A stretch of 64,000 nt of DNA from Eubacteriales bacterium (GTDB taxonomy: Bacteria; Bacillota; Clostridia; Oscillospirales; CAG-272), in the NCBI GenBank assembly GCA_045654585.1, contig JAZONS010000066.1, positions 21,369 to 85,368 on the forward strand, written 5' to 3'. Under the pieces are notes generated by a model. It was not told the DNA's origin and made no database searches. It was given only the letters and a program-made list of their open reading frames with translations. Positions 26,865-36,166 of this stretch are shown piece by piece. The stretch's first letter is position 1, and every line of letters starts with the position of its first letter. A program made the position numbers and the translations under genes.

Positions 26865-29149
26865 TATACGTCGCCTCCTCTCAAGGATTTCTTGACACTC
26901 TTAGCAAAAAGTCGACGTATCTGATTATGCGTCGTTTTAAGAGTAAGAGCTATCATACCGATAATAATAACGGCATACTGCCAAGCGTACAAATAGGTGA
27001 AGTACTCATTGAATCCGGGCGAGGTAAAGATAAGAATCGCCGTAATTGCCACAATTATGAATGCGGGTATTAATGCGAGAAGCATCCTTACGTACATACC
27101 TATGCGAATAACCTTAACCTGAATGCCCATAGAGCGCATAATAGCTATATCTTCCCTAAAGGCTTCGAGCGCGCGAGAGGAACAAAGAGTGATAAAGAAC
27201 GCAAGGAAAACAACAGCAGCAATAAATGCTACTATCATAAGTATGCATCCCAGCATCGATGATATAACATCATCCGAATCAACCTCATACGTCGTGTTCG
27301 AAACAACTGCAATATATCCTCTATCCTGAAGCGCGGGAACTGCTTTTTTTGCCGCATTATCGTTCTTAAAGAAGATAGATGCCTGGACGTAGGAATTCTT
27401 CAATACGTTTTCTGCTATTTCGCAAATAAGCTCATCACTAATAATGATCGCTTCGTCCGGAAGCCAGAATTCATATCCCTTAATATCAGGCTTTTCGTTG
27501 GTTATTTCCCTGTTTTCGAAATCTCTTTCAAACGAATAATATTTAGTTATGCCATCAATGTAATTATACCTGTAATAATTTGCAACAAAGGACGCTTCGG
27601 CAGAATATTCTGTTCCGGAATCTATATTGTTGTTAACCGCCATAATATAGTTCGTTAAGCCTACGTAAATTTTATCCGCAGGCATGTCAAATGACGGAAT
27701 CACCGTGTGCGAATTAAAGATTTTTTCGGGTTCATCTCCCTCCGATTTCAGCGATACCTTAAATCTCGAATCGGAATAACCCACAAGAAAGTAAATAGCC
27801 GTAGCAAATCGAAAACCCTCATCGGTAAACAGACACTCGGGATCAATATTGTTGTCGTAATAATATTTTACTCCGACAAGCTTATATACAGTCCTTCCTA
27901 TAATTATATTTGATACCTTAAGACTGTCCTCGCCCAGCTCCGGCTGATAGGAAATCGGTAAATGCAAAAGCACCTCGTCCTTTGACTCCGGATATCTGCC
28001 TATAACTTTATCGCCGTAGCTTTTTCCGTATGTAGAGTGTGCCATAAGGAAGGAATCCCCATACTCCGAATCTGCGCCGGGAATAATCACCTGCTGATTC
28101 ATACTTTCATCAAGCAGCTTGTCGTAATGCAAAAAGCTTTCCGCACCTAAATCGGTTACCAGCTTCGCAAGCTCATCATCTGTAATAATTTCTCCGCTCT
28201 GCTTGGTGAGAACAACTCTGCCGTCAATATGATTAAACATATAAGACGGATCCAGCTCTGCCGTTGCTTCACCCGAAAGCGCGGTCACGAGAAATATACC
28301 CATAGTTCCTATGAGCATGAGCAAGCATAAGAAGAGCGAAAGCTTAGGCTTTGCGGTAAAAATAGCTCTGCCGAGCGCAAGACCGTTTTTGATCTGACGC
28401 TTTTTACGGTTTTTCGAGTTTTCTTTATCTTTTTGTACGTCCTCAGAGTACTCGGAAAAAATTTCAGGAGCTTTTAAAGTATGGTCAAACTCTACCGCAC
28501 CGTCAAAAATTCTTATATGCCTCGTTGCGTATTCTTCAACCTGCTCAAAATTATGTGTAACAACTATTACAAGCTTATCGCGGGACACCTCGTAAAGAAG
28601 CTCCAATATCTCCTTTGACGTAGCAGAATCGAGGTTTCCCGTCGGCTCATCAGCAAGAATTATAGGGCTATCCTTTGCAAGAGCGCGCGCAATAACCGTT
28701 CTTTGCTTCTGACCGCCGGAAAGCTTGCTGCCCTTATGCTTCATATGCGACGAAAGACCTACTCGGTCAATAAGCTCCATAGCTCTTTTACGGCGCTCAT
28801 TTTTATCCTCAATATGCATAAGCGCAAGCTCTACGTTCTGCAAAACCGTAAAGCTTTCTATTATGTTGTAATCCTGAAAAATAAACGATATGTACTTTTC
28901 TCTGTACTCCTCAAGATCAGACTCAAGATAATGAGAGGTTGGCTGACCTTCAATATAAAGCTCGCCTTCCTCGTACGAGTCCATTCCGCTGATTACGTTC
29001 AGAAGCGTTGATTTACCCGAGCCGGATTTACCCGTTATTGCCACGAACTCGCCACGGTCAAACGATAAATTGACACCGCGTATTCCAACGGCAACGTTCC
29101 CGTCGGAGACGTAAATCTTACCTATGTCTTTTAACGTCAGTTGCGCCAT
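26864..29149 (-). CDS. MacB-type ABC transporter ATPase-permease fusion
   Basis: GKSGSGKST, LSGGQKQR and ADEPTGNLD; DIAIMRSMG; TAATG coupling to the next gene. Confidence 0.9.
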   Translation of the reverse strand: MAQLTLKDIGKIYVSDGNVAVGIRGVNLSFDRGEFVAITGKSGSGKSTLLNVISGMDSYEEGELYIEGQPTSHYLESDLEEYREKYISFIFQDYNIIESFTVLQNVELALMHIEDKNERRKRAMELIDRVGLSSHMKHKGSKLSGGQKQRTVIARALAKDSPIILADEPTGNLDSATSKEILELLYEVSRDKLVIVVTHNFEQVEEYATRHIRIFDGAVEFDHTLKAPEIFSEYSEDVQKDKENSKNRKKRQIKNGLALGRAIFTAKPKLSLFLCLLMLIGTMGIFLVTALSGEATAELDPSYMFNHIDGRVVLTKQSGEIITDDELAKLVTDLGAESFLHYDKLLDESMNQQVIIPGADSEYGDSFLMAHSTYGKSYGDKVIGRYPESKDEVLLHLPISYQPELGEDSLKVSNIIIGRTVYKLVGVKYYYDNNIDPECLFTDEGFRFATAIYFLVGYSDSRFKVSLKSEGDEPEKIFNSHTVIPSFDMPADKIYVGLTNYIMAVNNNIDSGTEYSAEASFVANYYRYNYIDGITKYYSFERDFENREITNEKPDIKGYEFWLPDEAIIISDELICEIAENVLKNSYVQASIFFKNDNAAKKAVPALQDRGYIAVVSNTTYEVDSDDVISSMLGCILMIVAFIAAVVFLAFFITLCSSRALEAFREDIAIMRSMGIQVKVIRIGMYVRMLLALIPAFIIVAITAILIFTSPGFNEYFTYLYAWQYAVIIIGMIALTLKTTHNQIRRLFAKSVKKSLRGGDV

Positions 29150-29270
29150 AGTCTTTCCTTTCTGTTGTGCAAGCTTATGAAAGCTATAAATACAGTGTGT
29201 ATTTGCTAAAAAACTAAGCGGTATTCAATTTCATAAAGAATTCGAAATACCGCTTTAAATCAAAAAGCAA

Positions 29271-29876
29271 TTATTCGTCAGCTGATACAATATGAGGCAG
29301 ATAGCCCATAAGATAATTCCAGCCCGATGCAATTGTCGTAAACGCCATGATACCCATACAGATGTAGGACATTACGTGATTGTTTCCAAAAAGAAGTGGC
29401 TCTATGATGATAAGTACGGTACCTACCATTTGAGATACAGTCTTAAGCTTACCCATCATATTTGCGGCAAGATCTACCTTGACCTTCTTACCTGCAACAA
29501 CAAGACGAAGACTCGTTACGGCAAGCTCACGGAAAAGAAGAATTAAAACGAGCCAAACAAATACAAGGCCCTGAACTCTCTGTCCTCTCTCAAACATCCA
29601 CGCAAGGATAGCAAGCATAGAACCGAGCACCATAAATTTATCTGCAAGCGGATCGATGAACTTACCAAAGTCGGTAACAAGACCGTACTTTCTTGCAATC
29701 TTACCGTCAAGCATATCGGTGAGCGCTGTGAGCGCGTAAACTACTGCCGGTACGATAAAGCCCCATACCTCAATATTCTTCATCAAGAGGATTGAAGCAA
29801 CGAATGCGGGAACGAGAAGAACTCTGACAAACGAGAGAATATTCGGTACATTAAAAATGTGTGATTTTTTCATCAT
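29271..29876 (-). CDS. pgsA: CDP-diacylglycerol--glycerol-3-phosphate 3-phosphatidyltransferase
   Basis: PNILSFVR and TDMLDGKIARK..TDFGKFIDPLADK. Confidence 0.92.
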   Translation of the reverse strand: MMKKSHIFNVPNILSFVRVLLVPAFVASILLMKNIEVWGFIVPAVVYALTALTDMLDGKIARKYGLVTDFGKFIDPLADKFMVLGSMLAILAWMFERGQRVQGLVFVWLVLILLFRELAVTSLRLVVAGKKVKVDLAANMMGKLKTVSQMVGTVLIIIEPLLFGNNHVMSYICMGIMAFTTIASGWNYLMGYLPHIVSADE

Positions 29877-29938
29877 ATTTCTCCTTTAATAATTAAAAAT
29901 GCTTTATTTGAACATAATTGTTTACAATTCGGAACATA

Positions 29939-31267
29939 TCAATTAAAAACTGCTTCACCAACAAGATCGTAATCAAGAGCCTCCAGAACTTCTACTTCTA
30001 CGAAATCTCCGGATTTTACCTTCTTCTTCGACTTGAAGTATACCCTTCCGTCAACATCCGGTGCATCGGCATAGGTTCTGCCATAATAGATATCAGCTAT
30101 GGTATCAAATCCGTCGCAAAGAACGGTAACCGTTTCACCTATCTTTTTGGATATTATATCTTCATTTACAGTAAGCCCGGTTTGCATTAAGATATCGTAT
30201 CTGTCCTGCTTTGTCTGCTCATCTGCGGTTTCCTCAAATTCAGCCGCGGCAGTTTCCTCCTCCTTTGAGAATGTGAAAGCGCCGAAATGCTCAAACTTAG
30301 CTTCCTTGATAAACTCGCAAAGCTCGGCGAAGTCCTCCTCAGTCTCTCCCGGGAAGCCGACCATAACCGTTGTTCTGAGCACGATCCCCGGAACTCTTTC
30401 TCTAAGCTTCTTCACGGTTTCGCGTATAAGAGCCGAGCCGCCGTGGCGGTTCATTCTTGTAAGCACATTATCCGAAATATGCTGTATCGGAATATCCATA
30501 TACTTCAAGAGGCGTGGATTTGTTCGCATTTCTTCAATGAGCTCGTCCGTTATTTTATCAGGATAGCAGTAAAGAAGTCTTATCCACTGTATGTTCGTTT
30601 CTTCCGTCAGAGCGCGGACAAGCTTTGCAAGACTGTATTCCCCGTAAAGGTCAAGTCCGTAACGCGACGTATCCTGAGCTATAAGATTAAGCTCCTTCAC
30701 GCCAAGCTCCTCAAGATCCTTCGCTTCCTTGACAAGCTCCTCAATGGATCTCGAACGCATCTTTCCTCTTATCATGGGTATAGCGCAGTAGGTACATCTG
30801 TTATCACAGCCCTCCGCTATTTTCATATATGCGATATGCTCTTCGGTAGTTAAAATTCTGTCACCTCCGAGCTTTGAGGTTTCCTTATCGTCAAATGATA
30901 TATATTTCTCACCGCGCATAACTGCCGCCGCAGCCTCAGCTATATGCGAAAGGCTGCCGACACCGAGCAACGCATCAATCTCGGGAAGCTCACGCATAAC
31001 CTCCTCACGGTAGCGCTCAACAAGGCACCCCGTGGCAATTATGTAACGGCATTTACCCTCTTCCTTAAGTCTTGCGACGTCAAGAATATTATCAATAGAC
31101 TCCTGCTTTGCACTTTCTATAAAGCCGCAGGTGTTCACTACAATTATTTCTGCCTCAGCTTCATCGGGAGTCAGCTCAAAGCCTGCTTCGTGAAGCGTTC
31201 GCAGCATTACCTCGGTGTCCACAAGATTCTTAGAGCATCCGAGAGATATAAATCCTATCTTTGTCAT
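29939..31267 (-). CDS. rimO: Ribosomal protein S12 methylthiotransferase
   Basis: SLGCSKNLVD, NTCGFIESAK, EGCDNRCTYCAIP and TRAM APDVDG. Confidence 0.95.
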   Translation of the reverse strand: MTKIGFISLGCSKNLVDTEVMLRTLHEAGFELTPDEAEAEIIVVNTCGFIESAKQESIDNILDVARLKEEGKCRYIIATGCLVERYREEVMRELPEIDALLGVGSLSHIAEAAAAVMRGEKYISFDDKETSKLGGDRILTTEEHIAYMKIAEGCDNRCTYCAIPMIRGKMRSRSIEELVKEAKDLEELGVKELNLIAQDTSRYGLDLYGEYSLAKLVRALTEETNIQWIRLLYCYPDKITDELIEEMRTNPRLLKYMDIPIQHISDNVLTRMNRHGGSALIRETVKKLRERVPGIVLRTTVMVGFPGETEEDFAELCEFIKEAKFEHFGAFTFSKEEETAAAEFEETADEQTKQDRYDILMQTGLTVNEDIISKKIGETVTVLCDGFDTIADIYYGRTYADAPDVDGRVYFKSKKKVKSGDFVEVEVLEALDYDLVGEAVFN

Positions 31268-31315
31268 ATAAATCCTTTTTAAATGGTTTTTGCACTGTCA
31301 AAACTTAACACGGTG

Positions 31316-31867
31316 TTATTTCAAAAGACTTTGTATTCTTTTTCTGATGTTTGTAAAATAGAGTCTGATCATCACCGTCATAAATATATCATATATATAG
31401 AGAGCGGCAACAAGGAAGATATACACGAGCAGCTTGAAGATCCACGTATTCTCTTCGAACAGGGGTATATTTAAGGTATCCCCGAAGAAAGGTATGCCGA
31501 GAAGAAGCTCGGATATGAGGATCATAAGAGCTGCGCTTGCGGCAAAGAAAACAAGCTTCAAGGGAATCCAAAACGGTCTTTTTGTTTTCTCGATATATGC
31601 CTTAAGTATCGGGAATATACCAAAAATCAAAAGGAAGGTTACCCATACCAGGCTATGCGGGAAGAACACGAAACCTAGGATCGATGTTCCAAGCCAAACC
31701 GCTATTGCATATTTTGCGCCTATTTCTATAAATACGAACGCCATAAGACAGGAGCATAATGCTGAGGCGGTCAGATCAAGCACCTCGACAAACGCTCCAA
31801 GCGTCATAAACAAAACTCCAAGCGCTATGGACATTGCGCTGAACGTTATTTTCTTAGTTTGTTTCAT
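31316..31867 (-). CDS. Conserved membrane protein
   Basis: About 5 TM, FGIFPILKAYIE; in operon with rimO. Confidence 0.7.
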   Translation of the reverse strand: MKQTKKITFSAMSIALGVLFMTLGAFVEVLDLTASALCSCLMAFVFIEIGAKYAIAVWLGTSILGFVFFPHSLVWVTFLLIFGIFPILKAYIEKTKRPFWIPLKLVFFAASAALMILISELLLGIPFFGDTLNIPLFEENTWIFKLLVYIFLVAALYIYDIFMTVMIRLYFTNIRKRIQSLLK

Positions 31868-31871
31868 TGTT

Positions 31872-32543
31872 TTAGCAACAAGCTATAAGGTCGCCGCCCA
31901 TACATTCACATAGGCAGTCAAGACAGATGAGGTTTGCGCAGCAATCGCACGCATCATCCGTACTGCTTCTTCTGCGGTAGGTAGTGTTCCCTGCTGAACC
32001 GTAATAGGTACTTCCGTATCCGTTAGCATTGGTATTAAACATTTCCTTTGCCTTCTGATATTCGGGGTTGGAGGGCTCCATATTGCAGGCTATTTCAAGC
32101 TCGCGCATAGCATCGCCGACGTTATTTCTGCTCATAAGCACAAGGCTCATAAGATAATGCCACTCCGCAACTCTTGAAGCAAAGTCAATATCAAGAAGCT
32201 TTCTTTCCGCATCACCGAATTTACGGCGGTTAATATCGTTCCTTACTTCTGTGTATATCGGATCCTTTGCGCCCGAGCTGCTTCCGCTATAGCTCTCATA
32301 ATACGTTCCGCCACCGCGGTATGCGTCCTTATTCTCCGCACGCATTTGCTGGATCTGATCATACGCCTGGTTGATCTCCTGCATTTTTTCGTTTGCAAGA
32401 TCCTTTAAGGGATTATCGTTTTCATAATTATCGGGATGATACTTTCTCGCAAGAGCGCGGTAAGCGTTCTTTATTTCCTCATCGGAAGCTCCTCTCGATA
32501 CTCCAAGCACCTCAAAGGGGTCTTTATTCAATCTATCACTCAT
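31872..32543 (-). CDS. J-domain protein with TPR-like region and Cys-rich tail
   Basis: DPFEVLG..ARKYHPD; AEWHYL..EPSNPEY; [18 protein letters not shown]; ATGA overlap with the upstream gene. Confidence 0.85.
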   Translation of the reverse strand: MSDRLNKDPFEVLGVSRGASDEEIKNAYRALARKYHPDNYENDNPLKDLANEKMQEINQAYDQIQQMRAENKDAYRGGGTYYESYSGSSSGAKDPIYTEVRNDINRRKFGDAERKLLDIDFASRVAEWHYLMSLVLMSRNNVGDAMRELEIACNMEPSNPEYQKAKEMFNTNANGYGSTYYGSAGNTTYRRRSSTDDACDCCANLICLDCLCECMGGDLIACC

Positions 32544-33427
32544 AGTTCTGCCTTTCTCTCGCATTTGCTGCCGTCGCATTCCGACTTATCAAGAAATTCT
32601 ATTCTCTTTGGCAATCCGAGATATATAGTATTATTAATTATGTTCTCTATTATTGCGTGAGTTCCGAACGGCAAGAGATTCACCGCGCCCTCTATCTTCC
32701 TGCATTCAAGAAGCAGAGCACATTTTATCGTTGCTCGGTTCTCATCCGTCAGCTCCGCGCCGCCGTATATTTCAACGTAAGGGTTATAGCTACCCGATGC
32801 TCTATCCTTTTCATAGTCCTCCGCTGCATCCGCGGCGTATATAAATTTACCGAGGTGGAAGCCTAACGTATAAAGAATAGTCTTATCGTCACCGTCTATT
32901 CCTTCAGCAAAGATACCGCCGAGAATCTCACCGAATAGCTTTGCGGGCTCATCAACGCTCTTGCACTTTGCTTTTTCAAGCACTGTGATCGCCGAAAGCT
33001 TTTCTTCGCACAGCTTTGCGATATCCTTCATTGCCGCTTTGTTTTTAGCGGATGCGAATATCGGACGAAGAAATGCGGTAGCCATTCTCTTTGCAAGCCT
33101 TTCATCCGAGATATCGTCACGTACCTTATAGTACGTGAGGATAGCAAATGCCTTTGCCGTGTAATCGGTTGCATCATTTGTATTAAGCATAGTTTTCCGC
33201 TTGAGGGGATGCGCTATGCATCTATGCTTACTCGCTCCGATCTGAGAATCCGGAATATAGAGCATGCGAACGAGCGCTAAAAACACACTGTCATAGCTAT
33301 GCAAAACGTTAGACAGCTTTCCCGTATGCTTCTTCATAGAACGGCAAACACCGCAGTATACCGCGCGGTAAAACTCGTACTCCTTGACGAGCAGCTCCGC
33401 AGGTATAGGCTTTACATACCCGAACAT
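32540..33427 (-). CDS. DUF5685 family protein
   Basis: [44 protein letters not shown] and IIENII..G. Confidence 0.8.
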   Translation of the reverse strand: MFGYVKPIPAELLVKEYEFYRAVYCGVCRSMKKHTGKLSNVLHSYDSVFLALVRMLYIPDSQIGASKHRCIAHPLKRKTMLNTNDATDYTAKAFAILTYYKVRDDISDERLAKRMATAFLRPIFASAKNKAAMKDIAKLCEEKLSAITVLEKAKCKSVDEPAKLFGEILGGIFAEGIDGDDKTILYTLGFHLGKFIYAADAAEDYEKDRASGSYNPYVEIYGGAELTDENRATIKCALLLECRKIEGAVNLLPFGTHAIIENIINNTIYLGLPKRIEFLDKSECDGSKCERKAEL

Positions 33428-33626
33428 ACTCTACCTCACACATAATTGTTATAACCGAAGAAATCTTTGCTTCGGGCAATCTCTTTTAGGCTATACATAC
33501 TTAGTATAACATATTTTTTCGCGTTTGTGTTAACTTTTATAAAATTTTTTATTTATTTTTTTATAAAAAGCAATTAAACAAATTTAAAGCACATAAAGCG
33601 GCTTAAATAATAGCTACGATATGTGC

Positions 33627-33896
33627 TTATTTGTGTTTTTCTATAAATTTTTTCACATCAGATAAAAGTTTAATATCATCAGCCGAAATAGACTCAAATT
33701 CTCCGAGATCAAGTAAATATTTGGGATCAAGCTTTAATATCTGACATATTCTTCTTAATTGCTCCATGCTCGGTTCTTGTACGCCTCGCTCTATTTTTGA
33801 ATAATTAGATTGATTCATAGGAATCAACTTTGCAATCTCACTTTGAGAGATATCCATATCCTCACGGGCATTTCTGATTTTTTCTCCTATGTTCAT
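33627..33896 (-). CDS. XRE-family HTH transcriptional regulator
   Basis: IRNARE..SQSEIA..QSNYSKIERG..PS. Confidence 0.9.
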   Translation of the reverse strand: MNIGEKIRNAREDMDISQSEIAKLIPMNQSNYSKIERGVQEPSMEQLRRICQILKLDPKYLLDLGEFESISADDIKLLSDVKKFIEKHK

Positions 33897-33923
33897 TTCA
33901 TCACCTCATTACAATTATAACAT

Positions 33924-33993
33924 TTTTAACTAAAAACATTGACAATTAGTTAAAATTGTATTATAATAATTATTGTAGTTATTTTTTAACTAA
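33924..33993 (+). promoter_or_regulatory. Consensus sigma-A promoter with repeated operator half-sites
   Basis: TTGACA(33939-44)-17-TATAAT(33962-67); TTTTAACTAA at 33924 and 33984, inverted TTAGTTAAAA at 33946. Confidence 0.7.
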
Positions 33994-34014
33994 TATATTA
34001 TTTTGGAGGTTAAA

Positions 34015-35586
34015 ATGAAAAATTTTATTTCTATATTTTTCTGCATACTATCTATATGTTTTTTGTTTACGCACTTAACATCGTGTAACCGAAACGTTGA
34101 TTATGGAAACGATATTCACTTACTATCCGACAACAGTGCTTCTTCAGACGAAGAAAAAGCAAAAGATGGCGAAAATGCAAAACCCAGTGACGGATTGCAA
34201 TATTCCTTATTCAGCGAATCAAGATTCTATACTGTTACAGGTATTGGAAGCTTTAACGGAGATTCGCTGATCATTCCGGAAACATATAATGGGCTTCCTG
34301 TTGAAGTGATCGGTAAAAATGCTTTCAAGGATTGTATAGAGTTAAAAACTATATCAATTCCAAAAAGCATCAAAACGATCGAAAAAGGGGCTTTTTCCGG
34401 ATGCACTCAAATTGAAAGAATTTACTTTAATTCGAAAAAAACGAATGATCTTGTAGAAAACAACAGAGTTTTTTACAATGCAGGAACAAATTCTAACGGA
34501 ATTGAGGTCATAATCGGCAATTCTGTTACGGCTATTCCCTCTTATTTATTCAATCCATTCGGCGGTGCCTATGCTCCAAATATAATGTCAATGAGCTTTA
34601 ATGATGAAAGTGCATGTAAGTCCATAGGCGAATTCTCTTTTTATGGATGCAGTAATTTAAAAAACGTATATATTCCTGAAAAAGTCGAAAATATTGGCAT
34701 CTCCGCATTTGCCAACTGCCCTTCTATCGAATTAATTAATTACAAATCCGAAGCATTTAATTCAAAAAAATTGTCGCCCGATCTAAATTTTGAAAGTATT
34801 TTTTATAATTCCGCAAATGGAGCTAAAGTTTTAATAGCAAAGAACGTCAAGGAGATACCTTCTATTTTTGGGTATAGCAACATTTCATATCTGGAGTTTG
34901 AAAAAGACAGTCTGTGCGAGATTATAAATGAGTTTGCCTTCACTAATTGCTTCGATTTACTCAAAGTGGAAATTCCCCCAAAAATGAAGGAAATCAAAGA
35001 CTGCGCCTTCAGCGGTTGCCCGAGGCTCATAGAAATTGGCAATTATTCGGAGCTGAACATCAAATCATACAACGCAGACCATGGCTTCATTGGATTATAT
35101 GCCTTAAACATCTATTCGGGAAACGAAGGCTCTAGTCAAATCAGCAAGACTGATGAAGGATTTGTTTTTTACGATGACGGAACACAATGCGTACTCTTGG
35201 CATACTATGGCGCGAAATCCGATATTATTCTTCCGGAAAATTACAACGGTAAAGCGTACGATATATACGAATATGCTTTTTATGAAAACTTAAGCATTAA
35301 ATCGGTAATCATCAGTGATAACGCATCATCAATTGGTATGCTGGCATTTTATGGATGCAAAAATCTCAACTCGATATCGCTTGGAAGTTCTGTTAAATCT
35401 ATCGGTTACTCTGCTTTCGAAAGTTGCACTGCTCTCGAAACAATAACTATGGGAAAAAGCATCGAAACTATTAACCGTTTTGCTTTTGAAGGATGCCATA
35501 AAGTAAAAACTATTATCTACGACGGAACAAACAACGAATGGAATCAAATTATAATCGATCCTATCGGTAACGATTGTTTGAAATAA
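34015..35586 (+). CDS. BspA-type leucine-rich repeat lipoprotein
   Basis: Lipobox LTSC; repeated I..(A/S)F..C..L..I.IP units; IPETYNGLPV caps; ATG after GGAGG. Confidence 0.85.
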   Translation: MKNFISIFFCILSICFLFTHLTSCNRNVDYGNDIHLLSDNSASSDEEKAKDGENAKPSDGLQYSLFSESRFYTVTGIGSFNGDSLIIPETYNGLPVEVIGKNAFKDCIELKTISIPKSIKTIEKGAFSGCTQIERIYFNSKKTNDLVENNRVFYNAGTNSNGIEVIIGNSVTAIPSYLFNPFGGAYAPNIMSMSFNDESACKSIGEFSFYGCSNLKNVYIPEKVENIGISAFANCPSIELINYKSEAFNSKKLSPDLNFESIFYNSANGAKVLIAKNVKEIPSIFGYSNISYLEFEKDSLCEIINEFAFTNCFDLLKVEIPPKMKEIKDCAFSGCPRLIEIGNYSELNIKSYNADHGFIGLYALNIYSGNEGSSQISKTDEGFVFYDDGTQCVLLAYYGAKSDIILPENYNGKAYDIYEYAFYENLSIKSVIISDNASSIGMLAFYGCKNLNSISLGSSVKSIGYSAFESCTALETITMGKSIETINRFAFEGCHKVKTIIYDGTNNEWNQIIIDPIGNDCLK

Positions 35587-35749
35587 AATATTGCGATAAA
35601 TTCAATCGAGATAACAAACAATATCAAAGGGATATCTCATTAACAATTCAGGCATAATAAAAGTATAGTGAGAATTGCAATTTTAGCGAATCCTTAATAA
35701 GAACGGAAGCTCGGATCAAACGAATTCAGCGCAAAAATCGTCACTTGAA

Positions 35750-36164
35750 GAGCGAGAAGCGTACAAAGGTACGCTGAGCAAGGCAGCAAGGATAGAATGA
35801 AAAACTTTAATAAAAACGAGGAAAACCGTAAGTTTTCAACCTTTGTTCCTTTAAATTTACACTTAATATTAAAGTGGTACTGTGTGTTTGCACAATACCA
35901 CTTGTTTTTTATTCGGTTCTGCCTAAATGCGAATGCCGGGGCGAACGGATTTAGAGCAGAAATGCTTGGCTAACGAGCGAGAAGCGTACAATAGTACGCT
36001 GAGCGAGGCAACAAGGATAGAATGAAAAACTTTAATAAAAACGAGGAAAACCGTAAGTTTTCAACCTTTGTTCCTTTAAATTTACACTTAATATAAAAGT
36101 GGTACTGTGTGTTTGCACAATACCACTTGTTTTTTATTCGGTTCTGCCTAAATGCGAATGCCCC
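35750..36164. repeat. Tandem 225-bp-period duplication of a palindromic REP/MITE-like element
   Basis: 35750-35937 and 35975-36162 nearly identical; internal hairpins; imperfect terminal inverted repeats. Confidence 0.8.
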
Positions 36165-36166
36165 TA

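Noticed and set aside
35750-36162. CRISPR array or small toxin ORF (MKNFNKNEENRKF...)
   Set aside because: There are only two long copies, with no repeat-spacer pattern or cas genes. The 58-aa ORF of copy 1 is cut to 24 aa by a stop in copy 2.
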